Assembly: GCA_964460815.1 (NCBI GenBank)
Contig: CAYWRT010000002.1
Location: 1-37,728, forward strand
DNA from: an uncultured Dehalococcoidaceae bacterium
Lineage (GTDB): Bacteria; Chloroflexota; Dehalococcoidia; Dehalococcoidales; RBG-16-60-22
Direction: 5' to 3'
DNA length: 37,728 nucleotides
In this document: in pieces, positions 23,689 through 31,237 of the stretch
Numbering within the stretch: position 1 is the first letter of the stretch
How the letters are laid out: each line of letters opens with the position of its first letter
Notes under the pieces: model-generated
What the model was told of the DNA's origin: nothing
The model's database searches: none
The model's input: the letters and a program-made list of their open reading frames with translations, nothing else
Made by a program: the position numbers and the translations under genes

Positions 23689-24729
23689 CTACAGCTCAAA
23701 AACATACTCGCAATAAGGTTGACCCGCGCTCCTTAGACTGGGTACCGAGAATTTTAGTTCAGGGTTAATTATCTCACAAGCCTTGTGCTCGTGCCCCATA
23801 GAACCCAGGCAGATTTCGGCCGTTAGTTCCTCCTGAGGACTGGCCGATAGCGGGCAAAATCCACTATTTCTCATGACCACCCGGTTAGGGGTATCCTCAA
23901 TTATTTCGAGGTCATTCTCGAAAACTATTTGGTGGAAAATTTTATAGTAGCCGCCGGCTGTCCGGGCATCGTTACCCGGGATGTTGTAGTTCTGCAATGA
24001 CATGATTACATAGTTATCGGCGGCTTCGCTGGTTACCTTGTAGACCGCCTCCATGCCCTCCTTGCCGTACCTTCGGTAAAGGGCCTTTGACATTGAACCA
24101 TAATTTTCCCAGCCCCTTCGCTGACGGGCTTTTTCCCGTCTCTCTTTTGGCCACACTTCCTCATCCAGTTTGTATAGAGATACCGGTACGGATACCTCAG
24201 AAAGAGGCGCTGTCTCGGGTAGCTCAAACATCATGGTGCAAGATTCGTCTCCAGCACTCATCAGTGATATATTGGTAAATTGTATATTAGGGTTAATTAT
24301 TTCGCAGGCTACGAGCTCGTGTCCCTGACCACCTTCGCACATCTCCGCGCAGAGTTCCACCTGAGGGAAGCGCGCCAGAGGACAACCACTGGAACCTCTC
24401 AGTATCACTCTCCTCGGCGTGTCCTCAACAATCTCAAAATCAGTGTCAAAAACTATCTTGTCAACGAGCTTGAAATAGGCGGCCACCGTTCTACAGTCAT
24501 TGCCCACGATATGGAAGTTTTTCAATGCCCGGGGTACGTATTTTCTGGCCATCTCCATCATCTGGTCGTTATTGCACTGCGTACCTTCAAAGCCGTACTT
24601 TTTGTATATCTCCTTGGCTAGTTTTGCGTAGTATTCTTCCGCCATGTGTGTTGAAGCATCCCGACGGCGCTTTTCCGTCCACTTCTTTTCGTCATAGCTG
24701 ACCTCTGATACTGGTATTGAATCCGCCAT
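23689..24729 (-). CDS. Internally duplicated Cys/His-motif protein; each half resembles the L-2-amino-thiazoline-4-carboxylate-hydrolase-like (ATC_hydrolase) domain (family assignment tentative)
   Basis: 346 aa. Residues 1-170 and 171-346 align along their whole length. Both halves keep C-P-L-x11-(C/T)-x3-C-x5-H-x4-CEIINP-x16-G-x3-C-x3-FEL. Confidence 0.6.
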   Translation of the reverse strand: MADSIPVSEVSYDEKKWTEKRRRDASTHMAEEYYAKLAKEIYKKYGFEGTQCNNDQMMEMARKYVPRALKNFHIVGNDCRTVAAYFKLVDKIVFDTDFEIVEDTPRRVILRGSSGCPLARFPQVELCAEMCEGGQGHELVACEIINPNIQFTNISLMSAGDESCTMMFELPETAPLSEVSVPVSLYKLDEEVWPKERREKARQRRGWENYGSMSKALYRRYGKEGMEAVYKVTSEAADNYVIMSLQNYNIPGNDARTAGGYYKIFHQIVFENDLEIIEDTPNRVVMRNSGFCPLSASPQEELTAEICLGSMGHEHKACEIINPELKFSVPSLRSAGQPYCEYVFEL

Positions 24730-24782
24730 CTTTACCTCCGTAATGTTTACAATTTTAAAAAATAGTTATCCTCACCTTATCG

Positions 24783-25934
24783 TCATTTATAGGGGAGAGC
24801 CTCTTTCCCCAAAATTTCCCTGACAATGTTCAGCTTGTTTATTTCAGCGGTGCCATCAGTAAACTCATAGCCGATGACATCTCGCAGCCGCTGCTCTAAA
24901 GGTAAGTCCTCGGTGTAGCCAACGTGCCCGTACAGGAGTATGCAATCATGAATTATTCGTGCGGCTAGCTGCGGACACCACCATTTGCACATAGCCCCTT
25001 CTTTGAAAGTTGACATATCCTGGTCTCCACGCCACAGAGTATAGTAGCAGAGCCATCTGGCGGCCTCGAGATACGTGGCGGCCTCGGCAATCTTGAAGGA
25101 TACGCCCTCATATTTGGCAATCGGCTTGCCAAAAACTACCCTCTCCTTTGAGTAAGTGATAATTTCATCCAGAGAGGCCTGGGCCGATGCCAGCACCGCC
25201 AGTCCGGTCAGGGCGCGGCCTTTGTCAACGCCGGCTATAAAGGCTCTGGCAAATGCCTGCCCTTCTTCCCCGATACGATTCTTGGCGGGAACCATGACGC
25301 CATCGAAGTTAATAAGGGCTCTACCCACGGGTTTGCAGCCCATGTCAATAATCGGCGACATTTCAATACCCGGAAGGTCCATGGGGATAAGGAACTGGGT
25401 CAGGCCTCTGATTCCGGCGTCGGGGTCAGTTTTGGCCAGCAGAAGGCAGGCATCACCGTAGGCGCCCCGGCTGACCGAGGTCTTTTCCCCATTAATCCTG
25501 TAATAATCTCCCTCCCTGATGGCCCTTGTTTTCGTAGCTGCGACATCGGAGCCGCAATCCGGCTCACTTATGGCGGCGCTGCAAATTTTTTCGGTGCTGA
25601 CAAAGCCGGGAACCCACTCAGCCGCCACCTCTTCTTCTCCCTGCGCCGCCATCCAGGCCATGTTCTGGACATGATGTGTCAGTCCTCCCAGATTGACATC
25701 TGCATAGCTCATCTCCTCAATAACAACGCCGCGGCTTATCCAGGTTGCCTCCTGTCCGCCATACTTTTCCGGTACTCCCATTCCCGTATAACCCATATCG
25801 GCTATCTTCTTCCAGATTTCGCGGGGTACCGTGGTCTCCTTGGCCCGTTTCATCGCTCCTGGCGCTAGCTCTTTTCTGGCAAAGGATCGCACCTGATTCC
25901 GTAACATCTTGTCGGCTTCACTGAAATCAAACAT
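24783..25934 (-). CDS. Acyl-CoA dehydrogenase family flavoprotein (Asp at the usual catalytic-Glu position)
   Basis: 383 aa. Typical ACAD N-terminus (FDFSEADKMLRNQVRSFARKELAP) and SEPDCGSD. The C-terminal RDVIGYEFTD(360)GTAEINKLNIVREIL aligns ungapped to MCAD [24 protein letters not shown], as I recall that sequence. Confidence 0.88.
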   Translation of the reverse strand: MFDFSEADKMLRNQVRSFARKELAPGAMKRAKETTVPREIWKKIADMGYTGMGVPEKYGGQEATWISRGVVIEEMSYADVNLGGLTHHVQNMAWMAAQGEEEVAAEWVPGFVSTEKICSAAISEPDCGSDVAATKTRAIREGDYYRINGEKTSVSRGAYGDACLLLAKTDPDAGIRGLTQFLIPMDLPGIEMSPIIDMGCKPVGRALINFDGVMVPAKNRIGEEGQAFARAFIAGVDKGRALTGLAVLASAQASLDEIITYSKERVVFGKPIAKYEGVSFKIAEAATYLEAARWLCYYTLWRGDQDMSTFKEGAMCKWWCPQLAARIIHDCILLYGHVGYTEDLPLEQRLRDVIGYEFTDGTAEINKLNIVREILGKEALPYK

Positions 25935-26053
25935 ACTGACTCGCTTCCCTCTCCTTTCTCTTCACTTATCCAATAGGATATTATCAGCGCATATTCCGCC
26001 CCCCTTTTTAAATTTATAACTGCTGGCTCTTTATCTATTATCCCGTATTATGT

Positions 26054-26100
26054 TTGGTATTACCAATACAATATAAATATATTTCCATGGCATTTGTCAA
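26054..26100 (-). promoter_or_regulatory. Candidate promoter plus palindromic operator upstream of the acyl-CoA dehydrogenase gene
   Basis: On the minus strand: TTGACA (26100-26095), 18 nt, then TTATAT (26076-26071). The perfect inverted repeat TTGGTA-n-TACCAA (26054-26066) lies immediately downstream, overlapping the expected transcription start. Confidence 0.4.
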
Positions 26101-26193
26101 TTTTGGCCTATCTACAAGCCGTACGCTGACAGCTTACGACTTTCGCCTTATTGGTAACCTTTAAATGCGAATTCCGGTAACTGCCTCAGTCCG

Positions 26194-26973
26194 TTAAGCA
26201 GTGTCCGTGCCGGCCAGCCAGGATGGTGTCCTCTTTTCCAGGAATGCTCTTATGGCCTCCTGTCCCGCCTCGCTGGCAGCATGGCGGGCGAAAAGCTCCT
26301 CAATATGTGGCAGTGCCTCCCCCGGGGTCATGTCCCGTGTCTGCCAGAAAGCCATCTTCGTGAGCTTGAGAGCCACCGGGCTCTTGCCTGCCAGCTTCTT
26401 GGCCCACTCTATAGCCGTCTCTTCCAGCTTTTCGGCTGGAACCACCTCGTCAACATAGCCCCAGTCAAGTGCCTGCTGGGCACTGATATAATCACCCGTT
26501 AATACCATCCTCTTGTTTCTTTTAAAGCCAGCGCAGACCGCGCCGGAGCGGATGCTGCCTCATATCAGCCCGATGTTTATCGCCGGCAGCGCAAACTTGG
26601 TACGGTCACTGATTATAATGATGTCAGCCGATTCATGCGCCCCGGGGCCGTCGGCCACCGCGATTACCGGCTTGGTGATGTCTCGCTGCATGAATGCCTG
26701 GTACCCCATAAACTTGTGGCTCACCTCCAGAATTTCCTCGAAAGTTTTTCCTGCTATATCCGCCTGGGGCATCCCGGAGCTAAAAACGGGACCCCTATGG
26801 GTTAGAATGATGACCCGTACTTCATCGTCTTTCTCAAATTCGAGAAAAGCGTCGGTGGCTTCATCTATCATCTCCATGGTCATCGGGTTCCTCTTCTCAG
26901 GTCTATTGTAGATAATCCTGCCTATGGGACGCTTCTTCTCAACCAGTATTGTCCTGTACTCCTTCATATCCAC
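26194..26973 (-). pseudogene. Enoyl-CoA hydratase/isomerase (crotonase) family gene interrupted by one in-frame TGA (26562-26560)
   Basis: Track ORFs 26560..26973 (N-terminal half, ...FALPAINIGLI*) and 26194..26508 (C-terminal half, MVLTGDYISAQQAL...) are in the same frame (465 nt apart). Read-through gives GLI-TGA-GSIRSGAVCAGFKRNKRMVLTG. The oxyanion-loop region (AVADGPGAHESADIIIIS) also looks about 6 residues shorter than the canonical crotonase consensus. Confidence 0.55.
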
Positions 26974-27064
26974 CTCCTTTCAAACCGGCATCTATTGTGA
27001 GACCTGTGTAATCCAGAAAGCTGGAAGGAATCTGAGCCAGCAATATCGGACTAAGAGGCAAACC

Positions 27065-28789
27065 TTATTTAGTCCGCAGCTCGCGCCTTAGTTTGCTGGT
27101 GGCTTCAATGTCAATATCAAACGTGCTTGGATTAATGACCACGCCGTAGTCCTGTCTGGCACGCTCAACGGAAACATACCCGCTGGTCACATCCTCACGG
27201 ACGGCTTCAGGCGCTCTGTCCAGCGGGTCGCCATATCCGCCCCCGCCCCCGGCGATGGTGATAACGCTATCGCCTTCACCCAGCTCTATGCCCGTAGTCT
27301 TTAATACCTCGAATTCCCCCTTCTCTTTCGAGCGAACCAGAGCGTAATTTCTGAGGCCTTCTTTCCCCCCGTTAATACCCCAGTGCGGGGTCTTACCCTT
27401 TTCTATAAAACTGAAAAAGGTTGCCGGCACGGGAAGCCTGACATGAAGCAGAGAGCCCAGGCCACCCCGGTGCTTCCCGGCGCCACCGCTATCCGGTATC
27501 AGTTCGACCCTTTCTATAAATACAGGGAATGTTGATTCTAAGACCTCAGTAGGAGCATTCTTGGCAGACGATATATCGTGGGGGTGAATGTAGTTCTCGC
27601 CGTCCGAAAGAAGGCTGGCGCCTTGACCAATGACACACGGTGTCAGGGCCATCCAGTAGTTCCCGGTCTCAGGGTATATTCCGAAGTATCCCACCCCGCA
27701 TACATCCCCTCCGGAACAGGCCGGGATTTTTTCGGGGAGGACCTGATATAGCGCTTTGTTTATCAGTTCTATGATATTGATGTTTATCTGGAAATACAGG
27801 AAGGACGGGGCTGTGGGGCTGGGATTGAATACGCTCCCTTCGGGAGCTATTACTTTAACAGGTCGGAAGCAGCCTTCGTTTGCCGGCAGGTCCGGGGTAG
27901 TTAACGCCTTGACCACTCCTCTGGCGCTGGATATCGTGCTGATTAATGACCCGTTCACCGGCCCGCTTTGTTCCGGGGCGGAACCAGAGAAGTCTATAGT
28001 AATATCACTGCCCTGAATCGTTATGGTTACTCTGGTCAGAATGGGTTTATCGAGGTCGATGCCGTTGCTATCCAGGTAGTCTTCGGCAGTCCAGGTACCG
28101 TCCGGCATTTCCTGGATGGCATTCCTGGTCATGCGCTCACCGTAGTTGTACATCTCTTCAATGCATTCATTTGCCGTCTCCAGTCCGTATTTTTCCAGCA
28201 GTTCCGTGACCCGTCTTTCGGCGAAGTGACAGCCAGAAATCAGAGCCTGCATATCCCCCCATACCAGATGAGGGGCTCGTGAGTTCCATTTGATTATTTC
28301 CCAGATTTCCGGCCGCAGATTTCCTGCCCGGTAAATCCTGAGCGGGGGTATGTGCAGTCCTTCTTCATAGACGCTCCTGGTGTCGGTAGGGAAGAAGCTT
28401 TTGGCACCCAGGTCATTTAAATGCGATTTGGTAGACGCATAACCGAATAGTGCCTCCCTGTAGAAGATGGGGGTAAACAGCAGCACATCTGCCGAATGGG
28501 AACCGGTGATGTGCGGCACGGTGGATATAACCACGTCTCCTGGCTCGAGATTTTTCCTGCCAACTATATCTACGCAATTTCTGGTGGCCGGCCCCAGGCT
28601 GCCCAGGAAGCCGATAAGGCCCTGTGATTGCGCAATAACGCCCATGTCGGCATCGAGGATACAAAAAGCGCAATCCCTTATCTCGTACATGAGGGTGGTA
28701 ACCGAACACCTGAAGGCTGTTTCCTGCATCCCATTGGCTACTGAAATCAGGTTGTTGCGGACGACAGCCAGTGTTATCGGGTCTATCAT
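27065..28789 (-). CDS. hyuB: Hydantoinase B/oxoprolinase family protein
   Basis: 574 aa. N-terminus MIDPITLAVVRNNLISVANGM is typical of the HyuB family. The gene starts 6 nt after the hyuA stop. Confidence 0.85.
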   Translation of the reverse strand: MIDPITLAVVRNNLISVANGMQETAFRCSVTTLMYEIRDCAFCILDADMGVIAQSQGLIGFLGSLGPATRNCVDIVGRKNLEPGDVVISTVPHITGSHSADVLLFTPIFYREALFGYASTKSHLNDLGAKSFFPTDTRSVYEEGLHIPPLRIYRAGNLRPEIWEIIKWNSRAPHLVWGDMQALISGCHFAERRVTELLEKYGLETANECIEEMYNYGERMTRNAIQEMPDGTWTAEDYLDSNGIDLDKPILTRVTITIQGSDITIDFSGSAPEQSGPVNGSLISTISSARGVVKALTTPDLPANEGCFRPVKVIAPEGSVFNPSPTAPSFLYFQININIIELINKALYQVLPEKIPACSGGDVCGVGYFGIYPETGNYWMALTPCVIGQGASLLSDGENYIHPHDISSAKNAPTEVLESTFPVFIERVELIPDSGGAGKHRGGLGSLLHVRLPVPATFFSFIEKGKTPHWGINGGKEGLRNYALVRSKEKGEFEVLKTTGIELGEGDSVITIAGGGGGYGDPLDRAPEAVREDVTSGYVSVERARQDYGVVINPSTFDIDIEATSKLRRELRTK

Positions 28790-28795
28790 TGTTTC

Positions 28796-30826
28796 TTATT
28801 TACCTCCCGCATTGATAATCAGGCTGCCGAAGTTATCTACATTTAGAGTTTGTTCCGGCATAACCACCGTGGTATGAAGGGGCTCCTCTATGATGGCGGG
28901 GCCATCGATGACATTGCCGCCAAGCAGCCGGTATCGGTCATAAATCCGACATTCAACAAGCTCCCCGCCCAGGTAGACTTTTCTTTTTGGCCTGAAGGCA
29001 CCGTGTGGGATTTCCTTGCCCTGCTTGAGCTCCCTGATTTGTATTTCCCTAATCTTGCCTATTGCCTTCAATCTAATATTGATGACTCTCGGAGGGGCAT
29101 CAATTTGATGACCATACTTGATTTCATGTAAGCGGTGAAAAGCGTTAACGATTTCCGCCTTGGCATCCTCTCCGAGTTTCCTGTCGGGCAAAGGTACTTC
29201 GACGTAGTGACCCTGGCCATCGTAGCACATATCAAGAGACCTGATGAATTCGCTGGCGCTTCTGGATATATTCTCTCCCCTGAGCATTTCCAGGCCACGA
29301 TTCTGCATGTCCTGGTATATGCTGTCCAACTCGCCAAGGTCAAGCGCGTCCATTGATTTAAAATATGTCTGTGCATAGCTATGGACAAGATTCATGGTCA
29401 ACATTCCCCAGGCGGAAAATGCTCCAGGATTTGGCGGAATAATTACATTTGAAATGCCTAAATCTCTGGCTATGCCGGTAGCGAAGAGACCGCCAGCGCC
29501 GCCATAGGCCATTATCGCGAAATCGCGCGGGTCGTAGCCCTGTCCGATTAATACCTCCGCAGTAGCCGTGGTCATGTTATCCCTGGCTACGGCTAGGATG
29601 CCATCGGCAGCCTGGTGCAAGCCCAGTCCCAATTTCCTGCCGACATCGCTAACCCCCTTTTTTGCCAGGTCCGTATCCAGCGGAACTTCGCCGCCAGCGA
29701 AGTAATCCGGGTCAATCAAACCATTGACGAGTGCGGCATCAGTAACCGTTGCTTCCCTGCCTCCTAGTCCATAACACATGGGCCCCGGCTCGGCCCCGGC
29801 GCTTTCTGGCCCGACAACAAGCATCCCTCCGGCGTCAACCCGGGCGATACTGCCACCACCGGCACCGATGACGCGCATATCCACTCCTGATATAAGCACC
29901 GGGTAACCCATCAATTCGGCATCGTATCTTTCTATGTTTATGCCGTCCTTTATCACCGACACATCGAAACTGGTACCGCCGACATCCATGGTTACCAGGT
30001 CCTTAACACCCATTAATTTCGCCAGGTAAGCGGCACCGGCGGCCCCTCCTATCGGTCCGGATTTTAGGGCGGCTATCGCCTTTTCTCTGACGGCGCCAAT
30101 ACCCAGAACTCCGGTGGGGCTGGCCACCAGCAGTTGACCGGCGAATTCCATGTCTCTCAGGTTTTGGCTCAGTCGGTCAAGATAGACAACGACGGACTTC
30201 TTAATGTAGGCGTCAATAACTGTGGTACTCGTCCGCTCGTACTCCCTGAACTCTCTGGCTACCTGATGGCTGAGTGAAACAGCTACTTCGGGCCAGAGCC
30301 GGTTGATAATATTACCTATCTTTTGCTCGTTTTCCGGATTGGCATAGGAATGCAGCAAACAAACCGCGATAGCTTCAACCCCATTCTCTCTCAGTTTTTT
30401 CACCACTGCCGCTACTTCTTCTTCACCGGGCTCTTTTACTATTTGCCCCAAATAGTTAGTTCGCTCACTTACTCCCAATCGAAGGTCTCTGGGCACCAGC
30501 GGTCTCGGTTTTTTCCATAGGTAATTGTATATCTCTTTTCTATCACCCCGCGCCATTTCCAGAACGTCCGTAAAACCCTGGGTAGTTATCAGCCCTACCC
30601 TGGCCCCTTTCCTTTGCACCAGAGTATTCACGCCAACCGTGCTTCCATGGGTGAATATGGTGATTTTGGCCATGTCCGCCCCGACCTTTTTTATGGCTTT
30701 GAGGACACCATGTCCCGGGTCATCGGGGGTACTTCGCACCTTATCCACAACAATCTGCATCGTGTCCTCATCAACGCAAACGATGTCGGTGAACGTTCCT
30801 CCAATGTCAACAGCCAGTCTCATCAT
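28796..30826 (-). CDS. hyuA: Hydantoinase A/oxoprolinase family protein (ATPase subunit)
   Basis: The track ORF begins at the TTG at 30850. I prefer the ATG at 30826 (MMRLAVDIGGTFTDIV), which has AAGGTG 5 nt upstream. Further motifs: HGSTVGVNTL, DVGGTSFDV. Confidence 0.85.
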   Translation of the reverse strand: MMRLAVDIGGTFTDIVCVDEDTMQIVVDKVRSTPDDPGHGVLKAIKKVGADMAKITIFTHGSTVGVNTLVQRKGARVGLITTQGFTDVLEMARGDRKEIYNYLWKKPRPLVPRDLRLGVSERTNYLGQIVKEPGEEEVAAVVKKLRENGVEAIAVCLLHSYANPENEQKIGNIINRLWPEVAVSLSHQVAREFREYERTSTTVIDAYIKKSVVVYLDRLSQNLRDMEFAGQLLVASPTGVLGIGAVREKAIAALKSGPIGGAAGAAYLAKLMGVKDLVTMDVGGTSFDVSVIKDGINIERYDAELMGYPVLISGVDMRVIGAGGGSIARVDAGGMLVVGPESAGAEPGPMCYGLGGREATVTDAALVNGLIDPDYFAGGEVPLDTDLAKKGVSDVGRKLGLGLHQAADGILAVARDNMTTATAEVLIGQGYDPRDFAIMAYGGAGGLFATGIARDLGISNVIIPPNPGAFSAWGMLTMNLVHSYAQTYFKSMDALDLGELDSIYQDMQNRGLEMLRGENISRSASEFIRSLDMCYDGQGHYVEVPLPDRKLGEDAKAEIVNAFHRLHEIKYGHQIDAPPRVINIRLKAIGKIREIQIRELKQGKEIPHGAFRPKRKVYLGGELVECRIYDRYRLLGGNVIDGPAIIEEPLHTTVVMPEQTLNVDNFGSLIINAGGK

Positions 30827-30963
30827 CAGTGCACCTTTTGGCCGGCTCAAGGTCCCTTCGGCCTTCTTTTTATCTTTTCGCCCCCTGGCTATATTTACAA
30901 TCGGGTAGCCAGTTAAAGAGCTGGTATTTATACGGGATTCTTATTCATGGTTACTCGACTCAT

Positions 30964-30992
30964 AATATACCTATTTGTTCAGAGCCTGTCAA
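30964..30992 (-). promoter_or_regulatory. Promoter for hyuA-hyuB (and possibly downstream genes)
   Basis: On the minus strand: TTGACA (30992-30987), 17 nt, then TATATT (30969-30964). Confidence 0.5.
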
Positions 30993-31004
30993 AATGTCAG
31001 CCCG

Positions 31005-31014
31005 GTGAATTCAC
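31005..31014. promoter_or_regulatory. Perfect 10-bp palindrome GTGAATTCAC between the divergent promoters (candidate operator)
   Basis: Read directly from the sequence. It lies 13 bp from the minus-strand -35 and 38 bp from the plus-strand -35. Confidence 0.3.
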
Positions 31015-31051
31015 GGTTTCTGCCACTGAATTTTTTTTGTATCTAAAGAGA

Positions 31052-31080
31052 TTGACAACCTTAATAAATAGTTAGATAAT
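31052..31080 (+). promoter_or_regulatory. Promoter for the TRAP transporter operon
   Basis: TTGACA (31052-31057), 17 nt, then GATAAT (31075-31080). This leaves a leader of about 150 nt before the ATG at 31238. Confidence 0.5.
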
Positions 31081-31237
31081 TCAACTAAAATACGATAGTA
31101 TAGGTTAAATAAGATTAAGGATTAAGTTCAGCATGGTTATTATCGGGTGAAAGGAGGTGAACGGACTAAAAAGATTGATAGCCAAGGGCAAAGGGTTCAT
31201 TACAACGTTATAGAACTGCACAAAGGAGGTAAATGCA

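Noticed and set aside
26533-26562. Selenocysteine insertion at the in-frame TGA of the crotonase gene (a hairpin lies immediately downstream)
   Set aside because: The hairpin is just GC-rich pairing without the loop features I associate with bacterial SECIS elements. Sec has no known role in crotonases, the aligned residue is normally Pro, and no sel genes are in the window. I keep it only as a low-probability alternative in the finding.
27065-30826. Annotating the hydantoinase A/B pair as acetone or acetophenone carboxylase
   Set aside because: There is no gamma-subunit gene, and the B-type subunit (574 aa) is of the short hydantoinase/oxoprolinase type. The substrate cannot be inferred from the sequence alone.
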